64,000 bases of DNA from an uncultured Gemmatimonadales bacterium. Lineage in GTDB: Bacteria; Gemmatimonadota; Gemmatimonadetes; Gemmatimonadales; Gemmatimonadaceae. Under the pieces are notes generated by a model that made no database searches, had not been told where the DNA came from, and saw only the letters and a program-made list of their open reading frames with translations. The DNA is taken from positions 736,001 through 800,000 of the forward strand of contig CAWKNZ010000002.1 of the NCBI GenBank assembly GCA_963851265.1, given 5' to 3'. Position 1 is the stretch's first letter, and each line of letters starts with the position of its first letter. This document shows, piece by piece, positions 41,485 through 51,955 of the stretch. The position numbers were made by a program, and so were the translations under genes.

Positions 41485-42783
41485 TCAGCCCGCCAGCAAC
41501 GGCGTCCCCGTCCGCAGCATCGCGCGCACCTCGTCGGCCGGACGGCGCAGAAGCGCGAGCAGGCGGTCACGCGGCACCTCCACCCGCGCCGCCGCGCCGC
41601 GCGCGACGAACACGCGCAGCCACCGCGCCGAGCGGTAGAACTGCTCGGCGAGCGTCGGCAGGTTGATCGCGCCCTCCCACCCGGCGGCGGTGAGGCGGGC
41701 GACCTCGCCCCCGCGCCGCAACACGAGCAGGTCCAGGCCGAGCATCTGCGTCTTGGCCGGGTAGTCGAGCAGCAGCGCGCCGGGCGCGAGCCCGAGCTCG
41801 CGCCCGATCGCGTCCTCGGCCGCGGTCGCGAGCCCGTGGTCCGCGGCCACCCAGTCTCCCAGTCCGTCCGGGAATTCCGCGGCCGGGCACTCGAGCGCGC
41901 GCTTGTACAGGCGCCGCGCGCGCAGGTCGTCGCGCAAGGCCGCGACCGTCGGCGGCACGCCGTCGCCGTCGAGCGCGTGCAGCGCGCCCTCGTCCGTGTA
42001 CCCGGCGAGCGTCGGCAGGTCGAGCACGCGCGCGGCGAGCGCGTCGGCCACGAGCCGCTTGTACATCGCCGTCGCGCTGCGCACCGCGTGATGCCAGTAC
42101 ACGTTGCGGTACATCTGGTACTTGGCGAACAACAGCGACTCGAGCGCTGACAACCCCTTCTCGCGAAGCCCGATCGTCGGGCGTCCGGTGCTCGGGTCGT
42201 CGAGGACGACGAAGGCGTTCAGCAGGCGGTCGACGTCGACCTCGCCGTACGGCACGCCGCACATGCGGGCGTCGCGCTTGAGGTACTCGATCTTGTCGAG
42301 GTCGAGCGAGCCCGAGATCAGTCCGCGTAGCGGGCTCGCGCTCGTCCCGCGCACCAGGGCGTGTACGCGCTCGGGGGCGTCGGGCGCGACGTGCGTGCGG
42401 AGCACGTCGGCGACCACGCCGCCGCAGAGCAGCGGGCGGGCCACGTCCTCGTGGTGCGGCAGCCCGATCTCCTCGAGCGCGTGCGAGAACGGGTAGTGCC
42501 CGACGTCGTGCAGCAGCGCGGCCGCGCGCACCACGGCCGGCTCGTCCGCCGGCACCGCGCCGAGCGCGCCCTCGGCCGCGAGCATGTCGAGCGTGACGCC
42601 GGCGAGGTGGTAGGCGCCTAACGTGTGCTCGAAGCGCGTGTGCGTCGCGCCGGGGTAGACGAGGTACGCGAGGCCGAGCTGGCGCACGTAGCGGAGCCGC
42701 TGGAACACAGGCGTGTCGATGAGCGCGAGCGCGGTGGCGTCGACGCGGATGTTGTCCCAGAGCGGGTCACGGATGATCTCCAC
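41485..42783 (-). CDS. HD-domain phosphohydrolase (SAMHD1/dNTPase-like, YdhJ-type)
   Basis: IRDPLW, FQRLRYVRQLG, YPGATHTRFEH, LLHDVGHYPFSH, DLDKIEYLKRD, MYRNVYWHH. Confidence 0.92.
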   Translation of the reverse strand: MEIIRDPLWDNIRVDATALALIDTPVFQRLRYVRQLGLAYLVYPGATHTRFEHTLGAYHLAGVTLDMLAAEGALGAVPADEPAVVRAAALLHDVGHYPFSHALEEIGLPHHEDVARPLLCGGVVADVLRTHVAPDAPERVHALVRGTSASPLRGLISGSLDLDKIEYLKRDARMCGVPYGEVDVDRLLNAFVVLDDPSTGRPTIGLREKGLSALESLLFAKYQMYRNVYWHHAVRSATAMYKRLVADALAARVLDLPTLAGYTDEGALHALDGDGVPPTVAALRDDLRARRLYKRALECPAAEFPDGLGDWVAADHGLATAAEDAIGRELGLAPGALLLDYPAKTQMLGLDLLVLRRGGEVARLTAAGWEGAINLPTLAEQFYRSARWLRVFVARGAAARVEVPRDRLLALLRRPADEVRAMLRTGTPLLAG

Positions 42784-42866
42784 GGCGGCGGAACTTCGCG
42801 GGGGCGCCGGCCGGGCGCCAGCGGGACGGCGCAGTTGCCCCGGTCCGGCCACGACCGTCCTCTCCC

Positions 42867-44765
42867 GTGACCCCGCCCCCGCCCGTCTCCGCCCGCGCGT
42901 CCGCGTCCGCGTGGACGCCCGCGCAGGACTCGATCGCAGCGTCGACCACGGTCGCTCCGGCCGGCGCCGACGCGCGCCTCGACGCGCTCGTCGCGCGCGT
43001 GCTCCAGGCCGACGACGTGCCCGCGTTCTCGAAGGCGATGCAGGAGCTGATGTCGACCATCGGCCGGGACGACGCCTCGGCGCAGCGGCTCGCGAACGTC
43101 GTGCTGCGGGATTACGCGCTCACGGTGAAGGTGCTGCGTGCGGCCAACGCGGCGCACTACAACCGCACCGGCCGCGCGGTACAGAGCGCGACGCACGCCC
43201 TCATGCTGCTCGGCGCGCGCACGGTCCGCGACCTCGCGAGCGCACTCCTACTGTTCGAGCACTATCGCCGTCGTTCGCCGGGGCTGAAGGAGCTGATGCT
43301 CCTGTCGCTCCTCACGGCGAGCACCGCGCGCGCGACCGCCGAGCGCTGCGGGGCTGGCGTCGATCCCGACGCGATCTACCTCGCGGGGATGTTTCGAAAC
43401 CTCGGGGAGGTGCTCGCCGCGGCGCATCTCCCCGGCGAGTACGCCGCCGCGATGTCGTCGCTGGCCGGTGCGCAGGGCCGGGCCGAAGCGCCGCGGAGCG
43501 CCCCGGGGCTCGCCGTGGCCCGCTCGGCGGCCGCGCGTGCGGCGCTCGGTTGCTCGTACGAGGAGATCGGGGCGACGATCGCGCGACACTGGGGGATGCC
43601 GGACGCCGTGCGCGTCGGGATGCACGCGACCGGAGGACCGGGCGAAGACCTCGGTTCGGTGTGCACGGCGTTCGCGCACGACCTGACGGGCGCCATCCAC
43701 CGGGGCGAGCCGGTGCACGCGCCGCCCGAGACGACGCGCCTGCTGGTGCGCTACGGCGAACGCCTCCGCCTCACGCGCGACGCGCTGCGGGAGATCGCCG
43801 AGCGGGCGGTCGAAGAGACGCGCGAGGTGTTCGCGGCAGCCGGCGTGCGACTCGACGACCTGCGGCTCACGCGACAGGTCGCCGCAGCGATGCTCGCCGG
43901 GCACGCGGCGGACGGTGCGCCGTCGCCGAACGACGCACCGTCGCGTACCGCCGACCACGCGGCATCCGCACCGGCGGGGCACGGCGCCGCGCGGGGCGAC
44001 GAAATCGCCACGGCGCGCGCCGCGGCTGCCGAGCCGAATACGATCGCCGTGCGAGGCCGACTCGCGACCGAGTTGGCCGCGGCCGCGGCGGACCCGGCGT
44101 ACGACCTCGCGCGCGTGCTGACGCTTGCCCTCGAAGCGGTACTACGTGGCGGCCCGTTCGATCGCGCGAGTTTCCACGCGGCGGACCCGGTCGCTCGTGA
44201 GTTCCGCCCGCGCACGGGGCTGGGCGACGGGCTGGACAGGCTCCTGTCGGCGCCCGGCATTCCGTTCGACGCCGAGCACGGACCGGCCGGTCCGGCGCTC
44301 GCTCGCGGCGAGGAGGTGCACCTCGCCCATGGAGTTCGCCTCACGCTGGCGGAGTCGCAGCTGCTCCGCCGCTGGGACGCCGTGAGCGCGTCGCTGTACC
44401 CGGTGCGGGTGGGTGGGGCGGTGATCGGGTGCGTGCACGCCGACCGGCACACCGCGTTCGCCGCGCCGGAGGCGGCCACGACGCAGTACGTGCGAGGCGT
44501 GGTGCGCGTACTCGAGGGAGCGCTGGCGCGGCGCCGCGGGGGAGGGGAAGTCCCGGTGGAGCAGAAGGAGGTGAGGTCCGAGTCGCCGAAGGAGTCCGAG
44601 GTCGGGCTGGCGATGTCGGTGAAGATGGACGCCGTCCTGCGCGTCCTCCGCGGCGAGTCGCTCGACGTCGTGGCGGCGGGAGTCGGCGTCGGCGCGGAGA
44701 CGCTGGCGGGATGGAGGCAGGAGTTCCTGGTCGGCGCGGCGGCGCGGTTGGGCGGGGCGGCCTAG
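42867..44765 (+). CDS. HDOD-domain protein with GAF-like region and C-terminal HTH
   Basis: RDYALTVKVLRAANAAHY, HALMLLG, IARHWGMPD; GAF-like YPVRVGGAVIGCVHADR; HTH-like VLRVLRGESLDVVAAGVGVGAETLAGWRQEF. Confidence 0.8.
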   Translation: MTPPPPVSARASASAWTPAQDSIAASTTVAPAGADARLDALVARVLQADDVPAFSKAMQELMSTIGRDDASAQRLANVVLRDYALTVKVLRAANAAHYNRTGRAVQSATHALMLLGARTVRDLASALLLFEHYRRRSPGLKELMLLSLLTASTARATAERCGAGVDPDAIYLAGMFRNLGEVLAAAHLPGEYAAAMSSLAGAQGRAEAPRSAPGLAVARSAAARAALGCSYEEIGATIARHWGMPDAVRVGMHATGGPGEDLGSVCTAFAHDLTGAIHRGEPVHAPPETTRLLVRYGERLRLTRDALREIAERAVEETREVFAAAGVRLDDLRLTRQVAAAMLAGHAADGAPSPNDAPSRTADHAASAPAGHGAARGDEIATARAAAAEPNTIAVRGRLATELAAAAADPAYDLARVLTLALEAVLRGGPFDRASFHAADPVAREFRPRTGLGDGLDRLLSAPGIPFDAEHGPAGPALARGEEVHLAHGVRLTLAESQLLRRWDAVSASLYPVRVGGAVIGCVHADRHTAFAAPEAATTQYVRGVVRVLEGALARRRGGGEVPVEQKEVRSESPKESEVGLAMSVKMDAVLRVLRGESLDVVAAGVGVGAETLAGWRQEFLVGAAARLGGAA

Positions 44766-44795
44766 TCGACCCGCCGGACCCGCCCGCCCGCGGAC

Positions 44796-46427
44796 CTACC
44801 CCTTGGGACCGGCGCGCTTGATCTCGTCGCCGACGCCCGGTCCGAACTTCTCCATGTTCTGACGGAACATCTCGGCCAGCTTCCTCGCCTGCTCGTCGTA
44901 CGCGCCGGCGTCGGCCCACGTCCCGCGCGCGTCGAGCACCGCCGAGGGCACGCCTTCGACTTCGCGGGGGACCGCGAGACCGAACATGGGATCCACCGTC
45001 GTCGGCACCTGGTCGAGCGCGCCGGACAGTGCCGCGCGGACCATCGCGCGCGTGTGGCTGAGCTTCATCCGCGACCCGACGCCGTAGCGCCCGCCGCTCC
45101 ACCCGGTGTTCACGAGCCAGACGCGCGACCCGTGCTCCGCGAGCTTCGCGCCTAACATCTCGGCGTATTTCGTCGGGGGCCACACGAGGAACACCGCGCC
45201 GAAGCACGCCGAGAAGGTCGCCTGCGGCTCGGTCACGCCGCGCTCGGTGCCGGCGACCTTGGCCGTGTAGCCCGAGAGGAAGTAGTACATCGCCTGCTCG
45301 GGCGTGAGCTTCGCGATCGGCGGCAGCACGCCGAACGCGTCGGCCGTCAGGAAGATCACCGTCTTCGGGTGTCCGCCGCGGCCGCCGCGCACGTGGTTCT
45401 GGATGTAGGGCAGTGGGTAGCTCGCGCGCGTGTTCTCCGTGATGCTCTGGTCGTCGAAGCGCACGCGGCGCTTGTCGTCGAGCACGACGTTCTCGAGGAC
45501 CGTGCCGAACATCTGGGTGGTGCGGAAGATGTCGGGCTCGCCCTCGGGCGAGAGGTTGATCGCCTTCGCGTAGCAGCCACCCTCGAAGTTGAACACCCCC
45601 TCGTCGCTCCACCCGTGCTCGTCGTCCCCGACGAGCGCACGCTCCGGGTCGGCCGAGAGCGTCGTCTTGCCCGTGCCCGACAGGCCGAAGAAGAGGGCCG
45701 TGTCGCCCGCGTCGCCCACGTTGGCCGAGCAGTGCATCGAGAGCACGCCCTGCTTCGGCATCAGGTAGTTCATGATCGTGAACATCGCCTTCTTCAACTC
45801 GCCCGCGTAGCGCGTGCCGCCGATCAGGATCGTGCGGCGGCCGATGTGCACGACGATGAACGTGCCCGTGCGCGTGCCGTGGCGCGCCGGGTCGGCCTGC
45901 ATCTCGGGCGCGTGCAGTACCGTGAAGTTGGGCGCGAACTCCGGCAGCTCGGCCGGCTCGGGGCGGATGAACATGTTGCGCACGAACAGCGCGTGCCACG
46001 CGTTGGGCAGCACGTAACGTACCGACAGGCGGTGGGCCGGGTCGGCGCCGCAGTACAGGTCCTGCACGAACAGCTCGGGGAGCGTGCCGAGGTGCGCGCG
46101 CACGTCATCGAGCAGCGCGTCGAAGTGTGCGTCGGTCATCGGCTGGTTCACCTTGCCCCAGTCGACGTCGAACTCGCTCGACGGCTCGCGCACGACGAAC
46201 TTGTCGTTGGGCGAACGCCCCGTGTGCGGCGACGTCACGGCGACGAGCGGGCCCATGTCGGCCAGCCGCCCCTCGCCGCGGCGGACGGCGTCCTGGACCA
46301 GTTCGGGCGCGACGAGGTTCCAGTGCACGGTGCCCGCGGGCGTCACGCCGACCGCGGCAAGTCCGCCGGCGCGCGTGGCGCGCGCGTCGATCGCCGCCGG
46401 CGCGTCGGGACGGGTGAGAGTGGCCAT
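44796..46427 (-). CDS. pckA: Phosphoenolpyruvate carboxykinase (ATP)
   Basis: [63 protein letters not shown]. Confidence 0.98.
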   Translation of the reverse strand: MATLTRPDAPAAIDARATRAGGLAAVGVTPAGTVHWNLVAPELVQDAVRRGEGRLADMGPLVAVTSPHTGRSPNDKFVVREPSSEFDVDWGKVNQPMTDAHFDALLDDVRAHLGTLPELFVQDLYCGADPAHRLSVRYVLPNAWHALFVRNMFIRPEPAELPEFAPNFTVLHAPEMQADPARHGTRTGTFIVVHIGRRTILIGGTRYAGELKKAMFTIMNYLMPKQGVLSMHCSANVGDAGDTALFFGLSGTGKTTLSADPERALVGDDEHGWSDEGVFNFEGGCYAKAINLSPEGEPDIFRTTQMFGTVLENVVLDDKRRVRFDDQSITENTRASYPLPYIQNHVRGGRGGHPKTVIFLTADAFGVLPPIAKLTPEQAMYYFLSGYTAKVAGTERGVTEPQATFSACFGAVFLVWPPTKYAEMLGAKLAEHGSRVWLVNTGWSGGRYGVGSRMKLSHTRAMVRAALSGALDQVPTTVDPMFGLAVPREVEGVPSAVLDARGTWADAGAYDEQARKLAEMFRQNMEKFGPGVGDEIKRAGPKG

Positions 46428-46461
46428 AATGCGAAAAACTCGGGAAGGCGGTGAGAATGGT

Positions 46462-48732
46462 TCAGCGGCCGTCGCCCCGGGCGCGGCCCTGCGCGTCCAT
46501 CACCGCGACCGCGGTCATGTTCACGATGTCCTGCACGTCGGCGCCCTGCTCCAGCACGTGCACGGGGCGGTTCATCCCGACGAGGATCGGGCCGATGGCC
46601 GTCGCCCCGCCGAGGCGGTTCAGTAACTTGTAGGCGATGTTGCCGGCGCTCAAGTTGGGGAAGATCAACACGTTGGCCTCGCCACGGAGCGTCGAGAACG
46701 GGTAGCGCCCCTGCAACACGCGGAGGTCCACGGCGGTGTCGGCCTGCATCTCGCCGTCCACCTCGAGCATCGGGTCGGCCGCGCGCACCAGCCGCACCGC
46801 GGCGGCCACCTTCTCGGTTTCCGCGTCGCGCGCCGAGCCGAAGTTCGAGAACGAGAGCATCGCGACGCGCGGCTCCTCGCCGAACGTGCGCACGATCCGC
46901 GCGGCGGCGAGCGCGATGCGCGCGAGCTGTTCGGCCGTCGGGTTGATGGTCACCGTCGTGTCGCCGCAGAACACGACGCGCTTCTCGAACACCAGCATGT
47001 ACATGCCGCTCAGCACGCCCGCTTTCGGATGCGCCCCGACGGTCTCGAGCGCCGGGCGGATCGTCTCGGGGTAGGTCGCGTTCACCCCCGACAGCAGCGC
47101 GTCGGCGTCTCCGAGGGCGACCATCGCGGCGCCGAAGTAGTTGGGATTCGCCAGCCGCTGGCGCGCCTCGGCGAGCGACAGACCCTTGCGCTGCCGCCGC
47201 TCCCACAGGTGGGCCGCGTACGCGTCGCGACGGCGCGCGGTGGCAATGTCGACCACCTCGACGTCGTCGAGTGGGACGCCGAGCGCGGCCGCGGTCTGCT
47301 CGATCACCGCACGGTCCCCGAGTAGCACCGGCTCCGCGATCCCCTCGTCGGCCACGATGCGCGCGGCGCGCAGCACCTTGGGCTCGGCCCCTTCGGGGAA
47401 CACCACCCGGCGCGGGTCGCTCGTCGCGCGCGTGATGATCCCCCGCATGATGCCGCGCGCGCGCCCGAGCCGCGCTTCGAGGCGCTCGCGGTACTCGTCG
47501 AGGTCGATGAACTCGCGCGCGACACCGCTCGCCACCGCCGCCCACGCCACCGCCGGCGCCACCCAGAGCAGGATGCGCGGGTCGAACGGGAAGGGAATCA
47601 GGTAGTCGGGCCCGAACGTCACCTGTTGCAGCCCGTAGAGCCGGCTCACGCTCTCGGGCACGGCCTCGCGCGCGAGCAGGGCCAGCGCGCGCGTGGCCGC
47701 CATCTTCATCTCCTCGTTCACCTGCGTCGCGCGCGCGTCGAGCGCGCCGCGGAAGATGAACGGGAATCCGAGGACATTGTTGACCTGGTTGGGGTAGTCG
47801 CTGCGTCCCGTCGCGATGATCGCGTCCGTCCGGACGGCACGCACCTCGTCCGGCAACACCTCGGGCGTCGGGTTGGCGAGCGCGAAGATGATCGGCCGCG
47901 GCGCCATCGGGGCGAGCATCTCGGCGCGGATCGCGCCCGCCACCGAGAGCCCCACGAACACGTCCGCGCCGACGAGCGCTTCGGCCACCGTCCGATTCGG
48001 CGTGTCCACCGCGAAGCGCGCCATGTACGGGTTCATCCCCTCGACCCGCCCCTCGTAGATCACGCCGAGCACGTCGCACATCGTGATGTGCTCGCGGCGC
48101 ACGCCGAGTCGAACGTAGTGACTCGCCGTCGCGAGCGCCGCGGCCCCGGCGCCCGAGAATACCACGCGTACCTCGTCGATCTCCTTACCTACCACCGAGA
48201 GCGCATTGAGCAGTGCCGCCCCCGAGATGATCGCCGTGCCGTGCTGGTCGTCGTGGAAGACGGGCACCGACATCGTGCGCCGCAGCGTCTCCTCGATGTA
48301 GAAGCAGTCGGGCGCGCGGATGTCTTCGAGGTTGATGCCTCCGACCGTGGGCTCGAGCAGCTGGCAGAACTTGACGACGTCGGCCGGGTCCTCGCTCCCG
48401 ACTTCGAGGTCGAACACGTCGAGATCGGCGAACTGCTTGAAGAGGTTGGCCTTTCCTTCCATCACCGGCTTGCCGGCGAGCGCGCCGATGTTGCCGAGCC
48501 CGAGCACGGCCGTCCCGTTGCTCACCACGGCGACGAGGTTGCCCTTGGCCGTGTACTTGTACGCGTCCTCCGGGTTGCGCCGGATCTCGAGGCAGGGTTC
48601 GGCGACGCCCGGCGAGTACGCGAGGGCGAGGTCGCGCTGGTTCGTGAGCGGCTTCGTCGGTACGACGGCCAGCTTGCCGGGGCGCCCGCGGGCGTGGTAA
48701 TCGAGGGCGTCTTCGCGTCGGGTGGCGCTCAT
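46462..48732 (-). CDS. maeB: NADP-dependent malic enzyme fused to a phosphotransacetylase-like domain
   Basis: [66 protein letters not shown]-like [16 protein letters not shown]. Confidence 0.97.
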   Translation of the reverse strand: MSATRREDALDYHARGRPGKLAVVPTKPLTNQRDLALAYSPGVAEPCLEIRRNPEDAYKYTAKGNLVAVVSNGTAVLGLGNIGALAGKPVMEGKANLFKQFADLDVFDLEVGSEDPADVVKFCQLLEPTVGGINLEDIRAPDCFYIEETLRRTMSVPVFHDDQHGTAIISGAALLNALSVVGKEIDEVRVVFSGAGAAALATASHYVRLGVRREHITMCDVLGVIYEGRVEGMNPYMARFAVDTPNRTVAEALVGADVFVGLSVAGAIRAEMLAPMAPRPIIFALANPTPEVLPDEVRAVRTDAIIATGRSDYPNQVNNVLGFPFIFRGALDARATQVNEEMKMAATRALALLAREAVPESVSRLYGLQQVTFGPDYLIPFPFDPRILLWVAPAVAWAAVASGVAREFIDLDEYRERLEARLGRARGIMRGIITRATSDPRRVVFPEGAEPKVLRAARIVADEGIAEPVLLGDRAVIEQTAAALGVPLDDVEVVDIATARRRDAYAAHLWERRQRKGLSLAEARQRLANPNYFGAAMVALGDADALLSGVNATYPETIRPALETVGAHPKAGVLSGMYMLVFEKRVVFCGDTTVTINPTAEQLARIALAAARIVRTFGEEPRVAMLSFSNFGSARDAETEKVAAAVRLVRAADPMLEVDGEMQADTAVDLRVLQGRYPFSTLRGEANVLIFPNLSAGNIAYKLLNRLGGATAIGPILVGMNRPVHVLEQGADVQDIVNMTAVAVMDAQGRARGDGR

Positions 48733-48891
48733 GGGCGCGCAAGTTACCGTGCTGCGCCTTCCCGGGCCCGCAGTTACGCCGACGCCGGGCCCCAGGCCGC
48801 TCGCCGCCGTCGGCGCGACGGATTCGCGAGAGGAGGCGAGGGCTGGCACGCAACTTCGAGGGGGGCCGGGCGTACTTAGGGAACCGATCTC

Positions 48892-49248
48892 GTGATGCGC
48901 CCCCTCCAACACGCCCTCGTCCGCGCGTTCCTCGCGCTGCTCGCCCTGCTCTCGACCGCCGCGCCTGCCGCGGCAGCCGTGGGCGAGGGCGTGCTCGCGA
49001 CGCGCGCCGGCCAGGCGTCGGTCGCGATGCACGCCGAGGACTCGCGGCACGCGCGATGTCCCTACGTGCACGCCGACGACTGCGCGCTGTGCGCGGTGGC
49101 CGCCGCGCACGCGCTTCCGGGGACGGTGCGCACCGCCGACGCGCCGGCGACCACGGCGTGCCGCGCCGCGGAGCTGCCCGAGGCGGGCGGGTCGACGGCG
49201 CAGCGGAGCATCGCGGCCCGGCACGCGCGAGGACCGCCGACGGGCTGA
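48892..49248 (+). CDS. DUF2946/CruR-like leader protein (TM segment, CxxC, C-terminal RGPP)
   Basis: Hydrophobic N-terminus, HARCPYVHADDCALC, ends ARGPPTG*; 83 nt upstream of a TonB-dependent receptor. Confidence 0.72.
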   Translation: MMRPLQHALVRAFLALLALLSTAAPAAAAVGEGVLATRAGQASVAMHAEDSRHARCPYVHADDCALCAVAAAHALPGTVRTADAPATTACRAAELPEAGGSTAQRSIAARHARGPPTG

Positions 49249-49331
49249 ACACTCGCCCGTCATCCCGGTGGACCGCGCGCACCTCCGTGCGCAGTCCGCG
49301 GGGGTCGTCCTCCATTCGTGTCGATCACTTC

Positions 49332-51776
49332 ATGTCTCGCTTTCTCGCGCGGCGCGCGCGCGCGCCGCGGAGTCGCGGCGGCCGCATCCGTCGCGCGCCG
49401 GTCGCGTTCGTCATCACGGCGGCGGTCACGCCCCTTGCCGCCCGCCTCGCGCACGCCGCGCCGCCCGATTCGACGGCCGGCCGCCGCGTAGTCGCCGCCC
49501 CGCCTGTGGTCGGTGTGGTGCGCGACTCGATGGGGCAGCCCCTCTCGAACGTGCAGGTCGTGATCGCCACGCTCAATCGTGGCACGACCACCGATGAGCG
49601 TGGCGCGTTCGAGTTTCGCGGCCTCGCCGCGGGACGGTACCACGTCGACGCCCTGCTCATCGGCTACCGGCGCGCGGACCTCGACATCGTCGTGCCGACG
49701 AGCGGACCCGACGTACGGGTCACGATCGTGATGCGGCGGACCGCGCTGCAACTGCAGAACGTGGTCGTCACGGCCACTCCCGTCGGCGCCGACCCGCTCC
49801 GGCTGACGCAGAGCACCGTCTCGCTCTCGGGCAAGGAGCTCGCGCGCAACCTCGGGTCGAGCGTGGCGCAGACGCTGAGCAACGAGCCCGGCATGGCCAT
49901 GCGGTTCAACGGACCGGCGGCGAACGTGCCGGTGATCCGCGGGCTGTCGGGCGAGCGCATTCTCGTGCTGCAGGACGGGAACCGCGCGGGCGACCTCTCC
50001 TCCGCCGCCGCCGACCACGGGCTGTCGATCGATCCGCTCGTCTCCAACCGGATCGAGGTCGTACGCGGGCCTGCCTCGCTCCTCTATGGCACGAACGCGC
50101 TCGGTGGCGTGGTGAACGTGATCTCGAACGACATCCCGACCGACATGCCGCGCCGCACCGACGGCTTCGTGTCGACCAACCTCGAGTCGGTGAACCCGGG
50201 TGGCGCGGTTGCGGGCGGCGTCACGACCCCGATCACGGACGCGGTGGTGGCGAACGTGCGCGGCTCGTTCCGCAGCACGAGCAACCTGTACCAGGGTGGC
50301 GGCGCGCGGCTCGACAACAGCTACAACCGCAACCAGAACGGCCTCGCCGCGCTCGGCTACGTCGGCGACAAGATTCACGCCGGCCTCGCCTACTCGGCCT
50401 ACAACTTCGACTACGGGCTGCCGTTCGCGCCGGGAGACGACCCGTCGCACATCGTGGGGCTGCGGCAGGAGGTGAAGGGGCGCGCCGACCTGTCGTTCGA
50501 GAACCCGATCGTCGACCAGCTGCGCGTGGACGGCACCGCGCAGTGGTACCACCACAGCGAGATCGCGAGCGACGGCGCGGTCGGCACGCGTTTCGGGCTG
50601 CGCACGCAGACGCTGAACGCGACCGCACGCACGCACGTCGGCCCGCTCGACGGCGCGGTCGGCCTGCAGGGGCTGCTGCGTCAGTACACGGCGACCGGCG
50701 CAGAAGCGCTCACGCCCGCGGCCAACACGGTGAACGGGGGCCTGTTCGTCTACCAGGAGCTGCCCCTCACGGGCGCGCGCGACACGAGCGTCGGCGCGGC
50801 GCACGGGAACGACGAGCACGGGAACGGCATCCGCCTTCAGTTCGGCGGTCGCGCGGACGCGTTCCAGCTCAGGACGGTCGCGAGCGACCTGCCCAAGTTC
50901 GGCAGCGCGCGCACGCGCTCGTTCGACAACTTCTCCGGATCGTTAGGCCTGTCGTTCCCGCTGGCCGAGCGTACGACGTTCGGCGTGAGCGCGGCGCGGT
51001 CGTTCCGCGCGCCGTCCGTCGAGGAGCTGTACTCGAACGCGTTCCACGCCGCGGTCGGGACGTACGACGTCGGCGACCCCAACCTCAAGGCCGAGACGGA
51101 CCAGGGCTTCGACGGCGTGCTGCGCACCCAGCGCGGCCGCGTCGACGCGCAGGTCTCGGCGTACTACAACCGGATCAACAACTACATCACGCCGAACGTC
51201 GTCGGCACGGTGGACGCGACCACGGGCCAGGCGGCTACGGGCGCCGGCAGCGTGCCGCTGAACGTCTACACGCAGCGCGACGCGCGGCTGTACGGCGCCG
51301 AGGGACGCGTCGAAGTCGAGGCGGCGCCCCACGTCGTGCTCGGCACGACGGGCGACCTCGTGCGCGGCAACTTCACCCAGGGCATCGCGAGCGCGCTGCC
51401 GTACCTGCCGCCCGCCCGACTCGGCGTGAACGCGCGCTACGACGACTCGCGCTACTCGCTCTCGGCCGAAGTGCGCCATGCGTTCGCGCAGACCCGCACG
51501 TCGCAGCCGTCGTGCGCGACCGGCCCGATTCTCGGACCCACGGGGAGCGGGAACACGCAGGACGGGACGCCCTGCCTCGACATCCCGGCGTCGGCGTACA
51601 CGCTCGTCAATCTCAGCGCCGGCGTCACGCTCAGTCGCGGGCCGATGCTGCACACACTCACCCTCCGCGCGGACAACCTGCTCGACCGCCGGTACGTGGA
51701 CGCGACGAGTCGGATCAAGTATTTCGCGTACAACCCCGGGCGCGATATCGCGTTGGTGTATCGGGTGCAGTTCTGA
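49332..51776 (+). CDS. TonB-dependent receptor (ZnuD-like metal receptor) with N-terminal carboxypeptidase-regulatory-like domain
   Basis: PVIRGLSGERILVLQDG, DHGLSIDP, IEVVRGPASLLYG...LGGVVNVI, FRAPSVEELYSNAFH, GDPNLKAE, C-terminal F. Confidence 0.93.
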   Translation: MSRFLARRARAPRSRGGRIRRAPVAFVITAAVTPLAARLAHAAPPDSTAGRRVVAAPPVVGVVRDSMGQPLSNVQVVIATLNRGTTTDERGAFEFRGLAAGRYHVDALLIGYRRADLDIVVPTSGPDVRVTIVMRRTALQLQNVVVTATPVGADPLRLTQSTVSLSGKELARNLGSSVAQTLSNEPGMAMRFNGPAANVPVIRGLSGERILVLQDGNRAGDLSSAAADHGLSIDPLVSNRIEVVRGPASLLYGTNALGGVVNVISNDIPTDMPRRTDGFVSTNLESVNPGGAVAGGVTTPITDAVVANVRGSFRSTSNLYQGGGARLDNSYNRNQNGLAALGYVGDKIHAGLAYSAYNFDYGLPFAPGDDPSHIVGLRQEVKGRADLSFENPIVDQLRVDGTAQWYHHSEIASDGAVGTRFGLRTQTLNATARTHVGPLDGAVGLQGLLRQYTATGAEALTPAANTVNGGLFVYQELPLTGARDTSVGAAHGNDEHGNGIRLQFGGRADAFQLRTVASDLPKFGSARTRSFDNFSGSLGLSFPLAERTTFGVSAARSFRAPSVEELYSNAFHAAVGTYDVGDPNLKAETDQGFDGVLRTQRGRVDAQVSAYYNRINNYITPNVVGTVDATTGQAATGAGSVPLNVYTQRDARLYGAEGRVEVEAAPHVVLGTTGDLVRGNFTQGIASALPYLPPARLGVNARYDDSRYSLSAEVRHAFAQTRTSQPSCATGPILGPTGSGNTQDGTPCLDIPASAYTLVNLSAGVTLSRGPMLHTLTLRADNLLDRRYVDATSRIKYFAYNPGRDIALVYRVQF

Positions 51777-51810
51777 CGCGGAAGTAGGGTGGGGGCGTCG
51801 CGCGAGCCCG

Positions 51811-51952
51811 TGACCGGCCGGGGATGAAGATCGTGGGGATGTGACTGCCGGGGATGAGCGGACCGGGGATACGACCGCAGGGGCGATGGAGCTGGGAAGG
51901 GCGACGGCCAGACCGTCTCTACCTCCGGCGGTATCGCCCCTGCGGTCGTATC
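51811..51952. repeat. Degenerate 15-bp-period GGGG repeat x5 overlapping a 20-bp perfect inverted repeat
   Basis: GGGG at 51820, 51835, 51850, 51865, 51880; IR GATACGACCGCAGGGGCGAT (51868-51887) / ATCGCCCCTGCGGTCGTATC (51933-51952). Confidence 0.75.
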
Positions 51953-51955
51953 ACC

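Noticed and set aside
44600..44765. IS3-family insertion sequence
   Set aside because: Only an HTH-like segment fused in frame; no DDE domain, terminal inverted repeats or target duplication seen.
51811..51885. Mini CRISPR array
   Set aside because: The constant part is only about 6 nt with a 15-nt period, far below CRISPR repeat/spacer sizes, and there are no cas genes.
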